In this document: positions 41,601 to 55,500 of the stretch, piece after piece
Position numbering within the stretch: the first letter of the stretch is position 1
Layout: the number at the start of each line of letters is the position of its first letter
Made by a program: the position numbers and the translations under genes
The notes under the pieces: generated by a model
Databases searched by the model: none
Seen by the model: only the letters and a program-made list of their open reading frames with translations
Told to the model about the DNA's origin: nothing
NCBI GenBank assembly: GCA_964247055.1
Contig: OZ176051.1
Span: forward strand, 992,001 to 1,056,000
DNA: 64,000 nucleotides
Reading direction: 5' to 3'
From: Paragordius varius
Lineage: Eukaryota > Animalia > Nematomorpha

Positions 41601-43560
41601 ATCCGATTTTTACAACGATACTTTAAAAAATAATGTATAAAACTAGTCGCATCAAAACTCAAGTTAAACTTTGTTCTTAAAAATCGGATATTGGTCGCCG
41701 GTAAAGAAAATTATTTTTTATACATTCTCTTAGTAGGACTACACCAAAATATAGAGATAGTTTGACAAACTCTTTCATATCCGATTTTTACAACGATACT
41801 TTAAAAATTAATGTATAAAACTAGTCGCATCAATACTCAAGTTAAACTTTGTCCTTAAAAATCGGATATTGAACACCGGTGAACAAAATTAATTTTTATA
41901 AATTCTCTTAGTAGGACTACATAAAAATATAGAGATAGTTTGACAAACTCTTTCATATCCGATTTTTACAACGATACTTTAAAAAATAATGTATAAAACT
42001 AGTCGCATCAATACTCAAGTTAAACTTTGTCCTTAAAAATCGGATATTATTCACCGGTGAACAAAATTATTTTTTTATACATTCGCTTAGTAAGACTACA
42101 TCAAAATATAGAGATAGTTTGACAAACTCTTTAATATCTGATTTTTACAGCGATACTTTAAAAATTAATGTTTAATTTAGCATACGACAAAAGGCAAGTT
42201 AAACTTTGTCCTTAAAAATCGGATATTGGTCGCCGGTAAAGAAAATTATTTTTTATACATTCTCTTAGTAGGACTACATCAAAATATAGAGATAGTTTGA
42301 CAAACTCTTTAATATCTGATTTTTACAGCGATACTTTAAAAATTAATGTATAAAATTAGTCGCATCAATACTCAAGTTAAACTTTGTCTTTAAAAATCGG
42401 ATATTAGTCACCGGTGAACAAAATTATTTTTTTATACATTCTCTTAGTAAGAGTACATCAAAATATAGAGATAGTTTGACAAACTCTTTAATATCTGATT
42501 TTTACAGCGATACTTTAAAAATTAATGTATAATTTAGCATACGACAATAAGCAAGTTAAACTTTGTCCTTAAAAATCGGATATTGGTCGCCGGTAATGAA
42601 AATTATTTTTTATACATTCTCTTAGTAGGACTACATCAAAATATAGAGATAGTTTGACAAACTCTTTCATATCCGATGTTTACAACGATACTTTAAAAAT
42701 TAATGTATAAAACTAGTCGCATCAATACTCAAGTTAAGCTTAGTCTTTAAAAATCGGATATTGAACACCGGTGAACAAAATTAATTTCTATACATTCTCT
42801 TAGTAGGACTACATCAAAATATAGAGATAGTTTGACAAACTCTTTCATATCCGATTTTACAACGATACTTTAAAAAATAATGTATAAAACTAGTCGCATC
42901 AAAACTCAAGTTAAACTTTGTTCTTAAAAATCGGATATTGGTCGCCGGTAAAGAAAATTATTTTTTATACATTCTCTTAGTAGAACTACATCAAAATATA
43001 GAGATAGTTTGACAAACTCTTTCATATCCGATTTTTACAACGATACTTTAAAAATTAATGTATAAAACTAGTCGCATCAATACTCAAGTTAAACTTTGTC
43101 CTTAAAAATCGGATATTGAACACCGGTGAACAAAATTATTTTTTTATACATTCTCTTAAACTACATCAAAATATAGAGATAGTTTGACAAACTCTTTCAT
43201 ATCCAATTTTTACAACGATACTTAAAAAATTAATGTATAAAACTAGTCGCATCAAAACTCAAGTTAAACTTTGTTCTTAAAAATCGGATATTAGTCACCG
43301 ATGAACAAAATTATTTTTTTATACATTCTTTTAGTAAGACTACATCAAAATATAGAGATTGTTTAACAAACTCTTTAATATCTGACTTTTACAGCGATAC
43401 TTTATAAATTAATGTATAAAATTAGTCGCATCAATACTCAAGTTAAACTTTGTCCTTAAAAATCGGATATTAGTTACCGGTGAACAAAATTATTTTTTAT
43501 ACATTCTCTTAGTAAGACTACATTAAAATATAGAGATAGTTTGACAAACTCTTTCATATC
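29650..43560 (+). repeat. Satellite variant domain II
   Basis: Dominated by ATATTAGTCACC, GGTCGCCGGTAAAGAAAATT, ATTGAACACC and AAAAAATAATGT variants and by 47-bp mini-monomers. Short local higher-order repeats are present (e.g. +535 at 31331/31866, +891 at 38151/39042). Boundaries are approximate. Confidence 0.75.
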
Positions 43561-46500
43561 CGATTTTTACAACGTTACTTTAAAAAATAATGTATAAAAC
43601 TAGTCGCATCAATACTCAAGTTAAACTTTGTATTTAAAAATCGTATATTGGTAACCGGTGAACAAAATTATGTTTTATACATTCTCTTAGTTAGACTACA
43701 TCAAAATATAGAGAGTGTTTGACAAACTCTTTAATATCTGATTTTTACAGCGATACTTTAAAAATTAGTGTATTTAGAATACGACAATAAGCAAGTTAAA
43801 CTTTGTCCTTAAAAATCGGATATTGGTCGCCGGTAAAGAAAATTATTTTTTATACATTCTCTTAGTAGGACTACATGAAAATATAGAGATAGTTTGACAA
43901 ACTCTTTCATATCCGATTTTTACAACGATACTTTAAAAATTAATGGATAAAACTAGTCGCATCAAAACTCAAGTTAAACTTTGTTCTTAAAAATCGGATA
44001 TTGGTCGCCGGTAAAGAAAATTATTTTTTATACATTCTCTTAGTAGGACTACATCAAAATATAGAGATAGTTTGACAAACTCTTTCATATCCGATTTTTA
44101 CAACGATACTTTAAAAATTTATGTATAAAACTAGTCGCATGAATACTCAAGTTAAACTTTGTCCTTAAAAATCGGACATTGATCACCGGTTAACAAAATT
44201 TTTTCATACATTCTCTTAGTAAGACTACATCAAAATATAGAGATAGTTTGACAAACTCTTTCATATCCGATTTTTACAACGATACTTTAAAAATTAATGT
44301 ATAAAACTAGTCGCATCAATACTCAAGTTAAACTTTGTCCTTAAAAATCGGATATTAGTCACCGGTGAACAAAATTATTTCAAACTCTTTCATATCCGAA
44401 TTTTACAACGATACTTTAAAAAACAATGTATAAAACTAGTCGCATCAATACTCAAGTCAAACTTTGTCCTTAAAAATCGGATATTGGTCACCGGTGAAAA
44501 AAATTATATTTTATGCATTCTCTTAGTAGGACTACATCAAAATATAGAGATGACAAACTCTTAAATATCTGATTTTTACAACGATACTTTAAAAATTAAT
44601 GTTTAATTTAGCATACGACAATACTCAAGTTAAAATTTCTCCTTAAAAATCGGATATTGGTCGGTGAACGAAACTATTTTTTATACATTCTCTTAGTAGG
44701 AGTACATCGTAATAGGGAGATAGTTTGACAAACTCTTTCACATACGATTTTTACAACGATACTTTAAAAATTAATGTATAAAACTAGTCGCATCAATACT
44801 CTAGTTAAACTTTGGCCTTAAAAATCGGATATTGGTCACCGGTGAACAAAATTATTTTTTTATACATTCTCTTAGTAAGACTACATCAAAATATAGAGAT
44901 AGTTTGACAAACTCTTTCATATCCGATTTTTAAAACGATACTTTAAAAATTAATGTATAAAACTAGTCGCAACAAAACTCAAGTTAAATTTTGTCCTTAA
45001 AAATCGGATATTGATCACCGGTGAACCAAATTATTTTTTATACATTCTCTTAGTAGGACTACATTAAAATATAGAGATAGTTTGACAAACTCTTTCATAT
45101 CCGATTTTTACAACTATACTTTAATAATTAATGTATAAAACTAGTCGCATCAACACTCAAGTTAAACTTTGTCCTTAAAAATCGGATATTAGTCACCGGT
45201 GAACAAAATTATTTTTTTATATATTCTCTTAGTAAGACTACATCAAAATATATAGATAGTTTGACAAACTCTTTCATATCCGATTTTTACAACGATACTT
45301 TAAAAATTAATGTATAAAACTAGTCGCATCAAAACTCAAGTTAAACTTTGTACTTAAAAATCGGATATTGGTCGCCGGTAAAAAAATTATTTTGTATACA
45401 TTCTCTTAGTAGGACTACATCAAAATATAGAGATAGTTTGACAAACTCTTTCATATCCGATTTTTACAACGATACTTTAATAATTAATGTATAAAACTAG
45501 TCGCATCAATACTCAAGTCAAACTTTGTCCTTAAAAATCGGATATTGGTCACCGGTGAAAAAAATTATATTTTATACATTCTCTTAGTAGGACTACATCA
45601 AAATATAGAGATGACAAACTCTTAAATATCTGATTTTTACAACGATACTTTAAAAATTAATGTTTAATTTAGCATACGACAATACTCAAGTTAAAATTTG
45701 TCCTTAAAAATCGGATATTGGTCGGTGAACGAAACTATTTTTTATACATTCTCTTAGTAGGAGTACATCGTAATAGGGAGATAGTTTGACAAACTCTTTC
45801 ACATACGATTTTTACAACGATACTTTAAAAATTAATGTATAAAACTAGTCGCATCAATACTCAAGTTAAACTTTGGCCTTAAAAATCGGATATTGGTCAC
45901 CGGTGAACAAAATTATTTTTTTATACATTCTCTTAGTAAGACTACATCAAAATATAGAGATAGTTTGACAAACTCTTTCATATCCGATTTTTAAAACGAT
46001 ACTTTAAAAATTAATGTATAAAACTAGTCGCAACAAAACTCAAGTTAAATTTTGTCCTTAAAAATCGGATATTGATCACCGGTGAACCAAATTATTTTTT
46101 ATACATTCTCTTAGTAGGACTACATCAAAATATAGAGATAGTTTGACAAACTCTTTCATATCCGATTTTTACAACGATACATTAAAAAATAATGTATAAA
46201 ACTAGTCGCATCAATACTCAAGTTAAACTTTATCCTTAAAAAATCGGATATTGATCACCGGTGAACCAAATTATTTTTTATACATTCTCTTAGTAGGACT
46301 ACATTAAAATATAGAGATAGTTTGACAAACTCTTTCATATCCGATTTTTACAACGATACTTTAAAAATTAATGTATAAAACCAGTCGCATGAATACTCAA
46401 GTTAAACTTTGTCCTTAAAAATCGGACATTGATCACCGGTTAACAAAATTTTTTCATACATTCTCTTAGTAAGACTACATCAAAATATAGAGATAGTTTG

Positions 46501-49500
46501 ACAAACTCTTTCATATCCGATTTTTACAACGATACTTTAAAAATTAATGTATAAAACTAGTCGCATCCATACTCAAGTTAAACTTTGTCCTTAAAAATCG
46601 GATATTGATCACCGGTGAACAAAATTATTTTTTATACATTCTCTTAGTAGGATTACATTAAAATATAGAGATAATTTGACAAACTCCTAGATAGCTGATT
46701 TTTACAGCGATACTTTAAATTAATGTATAATTTAGCATACGACAATAAGCAAGTTAAACTTTGTCCATAAAAATCGGATATTGGTCGCCCGTAAAAAAAT
46801 TATTTTTTATACATTCTGTTAGTAAGACTACATCAAAATATAGAGATAGTTTGACAAACTCTTTCATATCCGATTTTTACAACGATACTTTAAAAATTAA
46901 TGTATAAAACTAGTCGCACCAATCCTCAAGTTAAACTTTGTCCTTAAAAATCGGATATTGATCACCGTGAACAAAATTATTTTTTATACATTCTCTTAGT
47001 AGGACTACATCAAAATATAGAGATAGTTTGACAAACTCTTTCATATCCGATTTTTACAACGATACTTTAAAAATAAATGTATAAAACTAGTCGCATCAAT
47101 ACTCAAGTTAAACTTTGTCCTTAAAAATCGGATATTGATCACCGGTTAACAATATTATTCTTTATACATTCTCTTAAGAAGACTACATCAAAATATAGAG
47201 ATAGTTTGACAAACTCTTTCATATCCGATTTTTACAACGATACTTTAAAAATTAAAGTATTTAGAATACGACAATAAGCAAGTTAAACTTTGTCCTTAAA
47301 AATCGGATATTGGTCGCCGGTAAAGAAAATTATTTTTTATACATTCTGTTAGTAGGACTACATCAAAATATAGAGATAGTTTGACAAACTCTTTCATATC
47401 CGATTTTTACAACGATACTTTAAAAATTAATGTATAAAACTAGTCGCATCCATACTCAAGTTAAACTTTGTCCTTAAAAATCGGATATTGATCACCGGTG
47501 AACAAAATTATTTTTTATACATTCTCTTAGTAGGATTACATTAAAATATAGAGATAGTTTGACAAACTCTTTAATATCTGATTTTTACAGCGATACTTTA
47601 AAAATTAATGTATAAAATAGTCGCATCAATACTCAAGTTAAACTTTGTCCTTAAAAATCGTATATTGATCACCAGTTAACAAAATTATTTTTATTACATT
47701 CTCTTAGTAAGACTACATCAAAATATAGAGATAGTTTGACAAACTCCTAGATAGCTGATTTTTACAGCGATACTTTAAAAATTAATGTATAATTTAGAAT
47801 ACGACAATAAGCAAGTTAAACTTTGTAATCGGATATTGGTCGCCGGTAAAGAAAATTATTTTTTATACATTCTGTTAGTAGGACTACATCAAAATATAGA
47901 GATAGTTTGACAAACTCTTTCATATCCGATTTTTACAACGATACTTTAAAAATTAATGTATAAAACTAGTCGCATCAATACTCAAGTTAAACTTTGTCCT
48001 TAAAAATCGGATATTGATCACCGGTTAACAATATTATTCTTTATACATTTTAGTAAGACTACATCAAAATATAGAGATAGTTTGACAAACTCCTTAATAT
48101 CTGATTTTTACAGCGATACTTTAAAAATTAATGTATAAAATAGTCGCATCAATACTCAAGTTAAACTTTGTCCTTAAAAATCGGATATTGATCACCGGTG
48201 AAAAAATTATTTTTTATACATTCTCTTAGTAGGATTACATTAAAATATAGAAATAGTTTGACCAACTCTTTCATATCCGATTACAACTATACTTTAAAAA
48301 TTAATGTATAAAACTAGTCGCATCAAAACTCAAGTTAAACTTTGTCCTTAAAAATCGAATATTAGTCACCGGTGAACCTAATTATTTTTTATACATTCTC
48401 TTAGTAAGACTACATCAAAATATAGAGATAGTTCGACAAACTCTTTAATATCTGATTTTTACAGCGATACTTTAAAAATTAATGTATAAAATAGTCGCAT
48501 CAATACTCAAGTTAAACTTTGTCCTTAAAAATCGGATATTGATCACCAGTTAACAAAATTATTTTTTTTACATTCTCTTAGTAAGACTACATCAAAATAT
48601 AGAGATAGTTTGACAAACTCTTTCATATCCGAATTTTACAACGATACTTTAAAAACTAATGTATAAAACTAGTCGCACCAATCCTCAAGTTAAACTTTGT
48701 CCTTAAAAATCGGATATTGATCACCAGTTAACAAAATTATTTTTTATACATTTTCTTAGTAGGACTACATCAAAATATAGAGATAGTTTGACAAACTCTT
48801 TCATATCCGATTTTTACAACGATACTTTAAAAATTAAAGTATTTAGAATACGACAATAAGCAAGTTAAACTTTGTCCTTAAAAATCGGATATTGGTCGCC
48901 GGTAAAGAAAATTATTTTTTATACATTCTGTTAGTAGGACTACATCAAAATATAGAGATAGTTTGACAAACTCTTTCATATCCGATTTTTACAATGATAC
49001 TTTAAAAATTAATGTATAAAACTAGTCGCATCAATACTCAAGTTAAACTTTGTCCTTAAAAATCGGATATTGATCACCGGTTAACAAAATTATTTTTTAT
49101 ACATTCTCTTAGTAAAACTACATCAAAATATAGAGATAGTTTGACAAACTCTTTCATATCCGATTTTTACGACGATACTTTAAAAATTAATGTATAAAAC
49201 TAGTCGCATCCATACTCAAGTTAAACTTTGTCCTTAAAAATCGGATATTGATCACCGGTGAACAAAATTATTTTTTATACATTCTCTTAGTAGGATTACA
49301 TTAAAATATAGAGATAATTTGACAAACTCCTAGATAGCTGATTTTTACAGCGATACTTTAAATTAATGTATAATTTAGCATACGACAAAAGGCAAGTTAA
49401 ACTTTGTCCTTAAAAATCGGATATTGGTCGCCCGTAAAAAAATTATTTTATTTACATTCTCCTAGTAGGACTACAATATATAATAGTTTGGCAAACTCTT

Positions 49501-52500
49501 TCATATCCGATTACAACTATACTTATAAATTAATGTATAAAACTAGTCGCATCAAAACTCAAGTTAAACTTTGTCCTTAAAAATCGAATATTAGTCACCG
49601 GTGAACCTAATTATTTTTTATACATTCTCTTAGTAAGACTACATCAAAATATAGAGATAGTTCGACAAACTCTTTAATATCTGATTTTTACAGCGATACT
49701 TTAAAAATTAATGTATAAAATAGTCGCATCAATACTCAAGTTAAACTTTGTCCTTAAAAATCGGATATTGATCACCAGTTAACAAAATTATTTTTTTTAC
49801 ATTCTCTTAGTAAGACTACATCAAAATATAGAGATAGTTTGACAAACTCTTTCATATCCGAATTTTACAACGATACTTTAAAAACTAATGTATAAAACTA
49901 GTCGCATCCATACTCAAGTTAAACTTTGTCCTTAAAAATCGGATATTGATCACCGGTGAACAAAATTATTTTTTATACATTCTCTTAGTAGGATTACATT
50001 AAAATATAGAGATAGTTTGACAAACTCTTTAATATCTGATTTTTACAGCGATACTTTAAAAATTAATGTATAAAATAGTCGCATCAATACTCAAGTTAAA
50101 CTTTGTCCTTAAAAATCGTATATTGATCACCAGTTAACAAAATTATTTTTATTACATTCTCTTAGTAAGACTACATCAAAATATAGAGATAGTTTGACAA
50201 ACTCCTAGATAGCTGATTTTTACAGCGATACTTTAAAAATTAATGTATAATTTAGAATACGACAATAAGCAAGTTAAACTTTGTAATCGGATATTGGTCG
50301 CCGGTAAAGAAAATTATTTTTTATACATTCTGTTAGTAGGACTACATCAAAATATAGAGATAGTTTGACAAACTCTTTCATATCCGATTTTTACAACGAT
50401 ACTTTAAAAATTAATGTATAAAACTAGTCGCATCAATACTCAAGTTAAACTTTGTCCTTAAAAATCGGATATTGATCACCGGTTAACAATATTATTCTTT
50501 ATACATTTTAGTAAGACTACATCAAAATATAGAGATAGTTTGACAAACTCCTTAATATCTGATTTTTACAGCGATACTTTAAAAATTAATGTATAAAATA
50601 GTCGCATCAATACTCAAGTTAAACTTTGTCCTTAAAAATCGGATATTGATCACCGGTGAAAAAATTATTTTTTATACATTCTCTTAGTAGGATTACATTA
50701 AAATATAGAAATAGTTTGACCAACTCTTTCATATCCGATTACAACTATACTTTAAAAATTAATGTATAAAACTAGTCGCATCAAAACTCAAGTTAAACTT
50801 TGTCCTTAAAAATCGAATATTAGTCACCGGTGAACCTAATTATTTTTTATACATTCTCTTAGTAAGACTACATCAAAATATAGAGATAGTTCGACAAACT
50901 CTTTCATATCCGATTTTTACAACGATACTTTAAAAATTAATGTTTAATTTAGCATACGACAATACTCAAGTTAAAATTTCTCCTTAAAAATCGGATATTG
51001 GTCGGTGAACGAAACTATTTTTTATACATTCTCTTAGTAGGAGTACATCGTAATAGGGAGATAGTTTGACAAACTCTTTCACATACGATTTTTACAACGA
51101 TACTTTAAAAATTAATGTATAAAACTAGTCGCATCAATACTCTAGTTAAACTTTGGCCTTAAAAATCGGATATTGGTCACCGGTGAACAAAATTATTTTT
51201 TTATACATTCTCTTAGTAAGACTACATCAAAATATAGAGATAGTTTGACAAACTCTTTCATATCCGATTTTTAAAACGATACTTTAAAAATTAATGTATA
51301 AAACTAGTCGCAACAAAACTCAAGTTAAATTTTGTCCTTAAAAATCGGATATTGATCACCGGTGAACCAAATTATTTTTTATACATTCTCTTAGTAGGAC
51401 TACATTAAAATATAGAGATAGTTTGACAAACTCTTTCATATCCGATTTTTACAACTATACTTTAATAATTAATGTATAAAACTAGTCGCATCAACACTCA
51501 AGTTAAACTTTGTCCTTAAAAATCGGATATTAGTCACCGGTGAACAAAATTATTTTTTTATATATTCTCTTAGTAAGACTACATCAAAATATATAGATAG
51601 TTTGACAAACTCTTTCATATCCGATTTTTACAACGATACTTTAAAAATTAATGTATAAAACTAGTCGCATCAAAACTCAAGTTAAACTTTGTACTTAAAA
51701 ATCGGATATTGGTCGCCGGTAAAAAAATTATTTTGTATACATTCTCTTAGTAGGACTACATCAAAATATAGAGATAGTTTGACAAACTCTTTCATATCCG
51801 ATTTTTACAACGATACTTTAATAATTAATGTATAAAACTAGTCGCATCAATACTCAAGTCAAACTTTGTCCTTAAAAATCGGATATTGGTCACCGGTGAA
51901 AAAAATTATATTTTATACATTCTCTTAGTAGGACTACATCAAAATATAGAGATGACAAACTCTTAAATATCTGATTTTTACAACGATACTTTAAAAATTA
52001 ATGTTTAATTTAGCATACGACAATACTCAAGTTAAAATTTGTCCTTAAAAATCGGATATTGGTCGGTGAACGAAACTATTTTTTATACATTCTCTTAGTA
52101 GGAGTACATCGTAATAGGGAGATAGTTTGACAAACTCTTTCACATACGATTTTTACAACGATACTTTAAAAATTAATGTATAAAACTAGTCGCATCAATA
52201 CTCAAGTTAAACTTTGGCCTTAAAAATCGGATATTGGTCACCGGTGAACAAAATTATTTTTTTATACATTCTCTTAGTAAGACTACATCAAAATATAGAG
52301 ATAGTTTGACAAACTCTTTCATATCCGATTTTTAAAACGATACTTTAAAAATTAATGTATAAAACTAGTCGCAACAAAACTCAAGTTAAATTTTGTCCTT
52401 AAAAATCGGATATTGATCACCGGTGAACCAAATTATTTTTTATACATTCTCTTAGTAGGACTACATCAAAATATAGAGATAGTTTGACAAACTCTTTCAT

Positions 52501-55500
52501 ATCCGATTTTTACAACGATACATTAAAAAATAATGTATAAAACTAGTCGCATCAATACTCAAGTTAAACTTTATCCTTAAAAAATCGGATATTGATCACC
52601 GGTGAACCAAATTATTTTTTATACATTCTCTTAGTAGGACTACATTAAAATATAGAGATAGTTTGACAAACTCTTTCATATCCGATTTTTACAACGATAC
52701 TTTAAAAATTAATGTATAAAACCAGTCGCATGAATACTCAAGTTAAACTTTGTCCTTAAAAATCGGACATTGATCACCGGTTAACAAAATTTTTTCATAC
52801 ATTCTCTTAGTAAGACTACATCAAAATATAGAGATAGTTTGACAAACTCTTTCATATCCGATTTTTACAACGATACTTTAAAAATTAATGTATAAAACTA
52901 GTCGCATCCATACTCAAGTTAAACTTTGTCCTTAAAAATCGGATATTGATCACCGGTGAACAAAATTATTTTTTATACATTCTCTTAGTAGGATTACATT
53001 AAAATATAGAGATAATTTGACAAACTCCTAGATAGCTGATTTTTACAGCGATACTTTAAATTAATGTATAATTTAGCATACGACAATAAGCAAGTTAAAC
53101 TTTGTCCATAAAAATCGGATATTGGTCGCCCGTAAAAAAATTATTTTTTATACATTCTGTTAGTAAGACTACATCAAAATATAGAGATAGTTTGACAAAC
53201 TCTTTCATATCCGATTTTTACAACGATACTTTAAAAATTAATGTATAAAACTAGTCGCACCAATCCTCAAGTTAAACTTTGTCCTTAAAAATCGGATATT
53301 GATCACCGTGAACAAAATTATTTTTTATACATTCTCTTAGTAGGACTACATCAAAATATAGAGATAGTTTGACAAACTCTTTCATATCCGATTTTTACAA
53401 CGATACTTTAAAAATAAATGTATAAAACTAGTCGCATCAATACTCAAGTTAAACTTTGTCCTTAAAAATCGGATATTGATCACCGGTTAACAATATTATT
53501 CTTTATACATTCTCTTAAGAAGACTACATCAAAATATAGAGATAGTTTGACAAACTCTTTCATATCCGATTTTTACAACGATACTTTAAAAATTAAAGTA
53601 TTTAGAATACGACAATAAGCAAGTTAAACTTTGTCCTTAAAAATCGGATATTGGTCGCCGGTAAAGAAAATTATTTTTTATACATTCTGTTAGTAGGACT
53701 ACATCAAAATATAGAGATAGTTTGACAAACTCTTTCATATCCGATTTTTACAACGATACTTTAAAAATTAATGTATAAAACTAGTCGCATCCATACTCAA
53801 GTTAAACTTTGTCCTTAAAAATCGGATATTGATCACCGGTGAACAAAATTATTTTTTATACATTCTCTTAGTAGGATTACATTAAAATATAGAGATAGTT
53901 TGACAAACTCTTTAATATCTGATTTTTACAGCGATACTTTAAAAATTAATGTATAAAATAGTCGCATCAATACTCAAGTTAAACTTTGTCCTTAAAAATC
54001 GTATATTGATCACCAGTTAACAAAATTATTTTTATTACATTCTCTTAGTAAGACTACATCAAAATATAGAGATAGTTTGACAAACTCCTAGATAGCTGAT
54101 TTTTACAGCGATACTTTAAAAATTAATGTATAATTTAGAATACGACAATAAGCAAGTTAAACTTTGTAATCGGATATTGGTCGCCGGTAAAGAAAATTAT
54201 TTTTTATACATTCTGTTAGTAGGACTACATCAAAATATAGAGATAGTTTGACAAACTCTTTCATATCCGATTTTTACAACGATACTTTAAAAATTAATGT
54301 ATAAAACTAGTCGCATCAATACTCAAGTTAAACTTTGTCCTTAAAAATCGGATATTGATCACCGGTTAACAATATTATTCTTTATACATTTTAGTAAGAC
54401 TACATCAAAATATAGAGATAGTTTGACAAACTCCTTAATATCTGATTTTTACAGCGATACTTTAAAAATTAATGTATAAAATAGTCGCATCAATACTCAA
54501 GTTAAACTTTGTCCTTAAAAATCGGATATTGATCACCGGTGAAAAAATTATTTTTTATACATTCTCTTAGTAGGATTACATTAAAATATAGAAATAGTTT
54601 GACCAACTCTTTCATATCCGATTACAACTATACTTTAAAAATTAATGTATAAAACTAGTCGCATCAAAACTCAAGTTAAACTTTGTCCTTAAAAATCGAA
54701 TATTAGTCACCGGTGAACCTAATTATTTTTTATACATTCTCTTAGTAAGACTACATCAAAATATAGAGATAGTTCGACAAACTCTTTAATATCTGATTTT
54801 TACAGCGATACTTTAAAAATTAATGTATAAAATAGTCGCATCAATACTCAAGTTAAACTTTGTCCTTAAAAATCGGATATTGATCACCAGTTAACAAAAT
54901 TATTTTTTTTACATTCTCTTAGTAAGACTACATCAAAATATAGAGATAGTTTGACAAACTCTTTCATATCCGAATTTTACAACGATACTTTAAAAACTAA
55001 TGTATAAAACTAGTCGCACCAATCCTCAAGTTAAACTTTGTCCTTAAAAATCGGATATTGATCACCAGTTAACAAAATTATTTTTTATACATTTTCTTAG
55101 TAGGACTACATCAAAATATAGAGATAGTTTGACAAACTCTTTCATATCCGATTTTTACAACGATACTTTAAAAATTAAAGTATTTAGAATACGACAATAA
55201 GCAAGTTAAACTTTGTCCTTAAAAATCGGATATTGGTCGCCGGTAAAGAAAATTATTTTTTATACATTCTGTTAGTAGGACTACATCAAAATATAGAGAT
55301 AGTTTGACAAACTCTTTCATATCCGATTTTTACAATGATACTTTAAAAATTAATGTATAAAACTAGTCGCATCAATACTCAAGTTAAACTTTGTCCTTAA
55401 AAATCGGATATTGATCACCGGTTAACAAAATTATTTTTTATACATTCTCTTAGTAAAACTACATCAAAATATAGAGATAGTTTGACAAACTCTTTCATAT

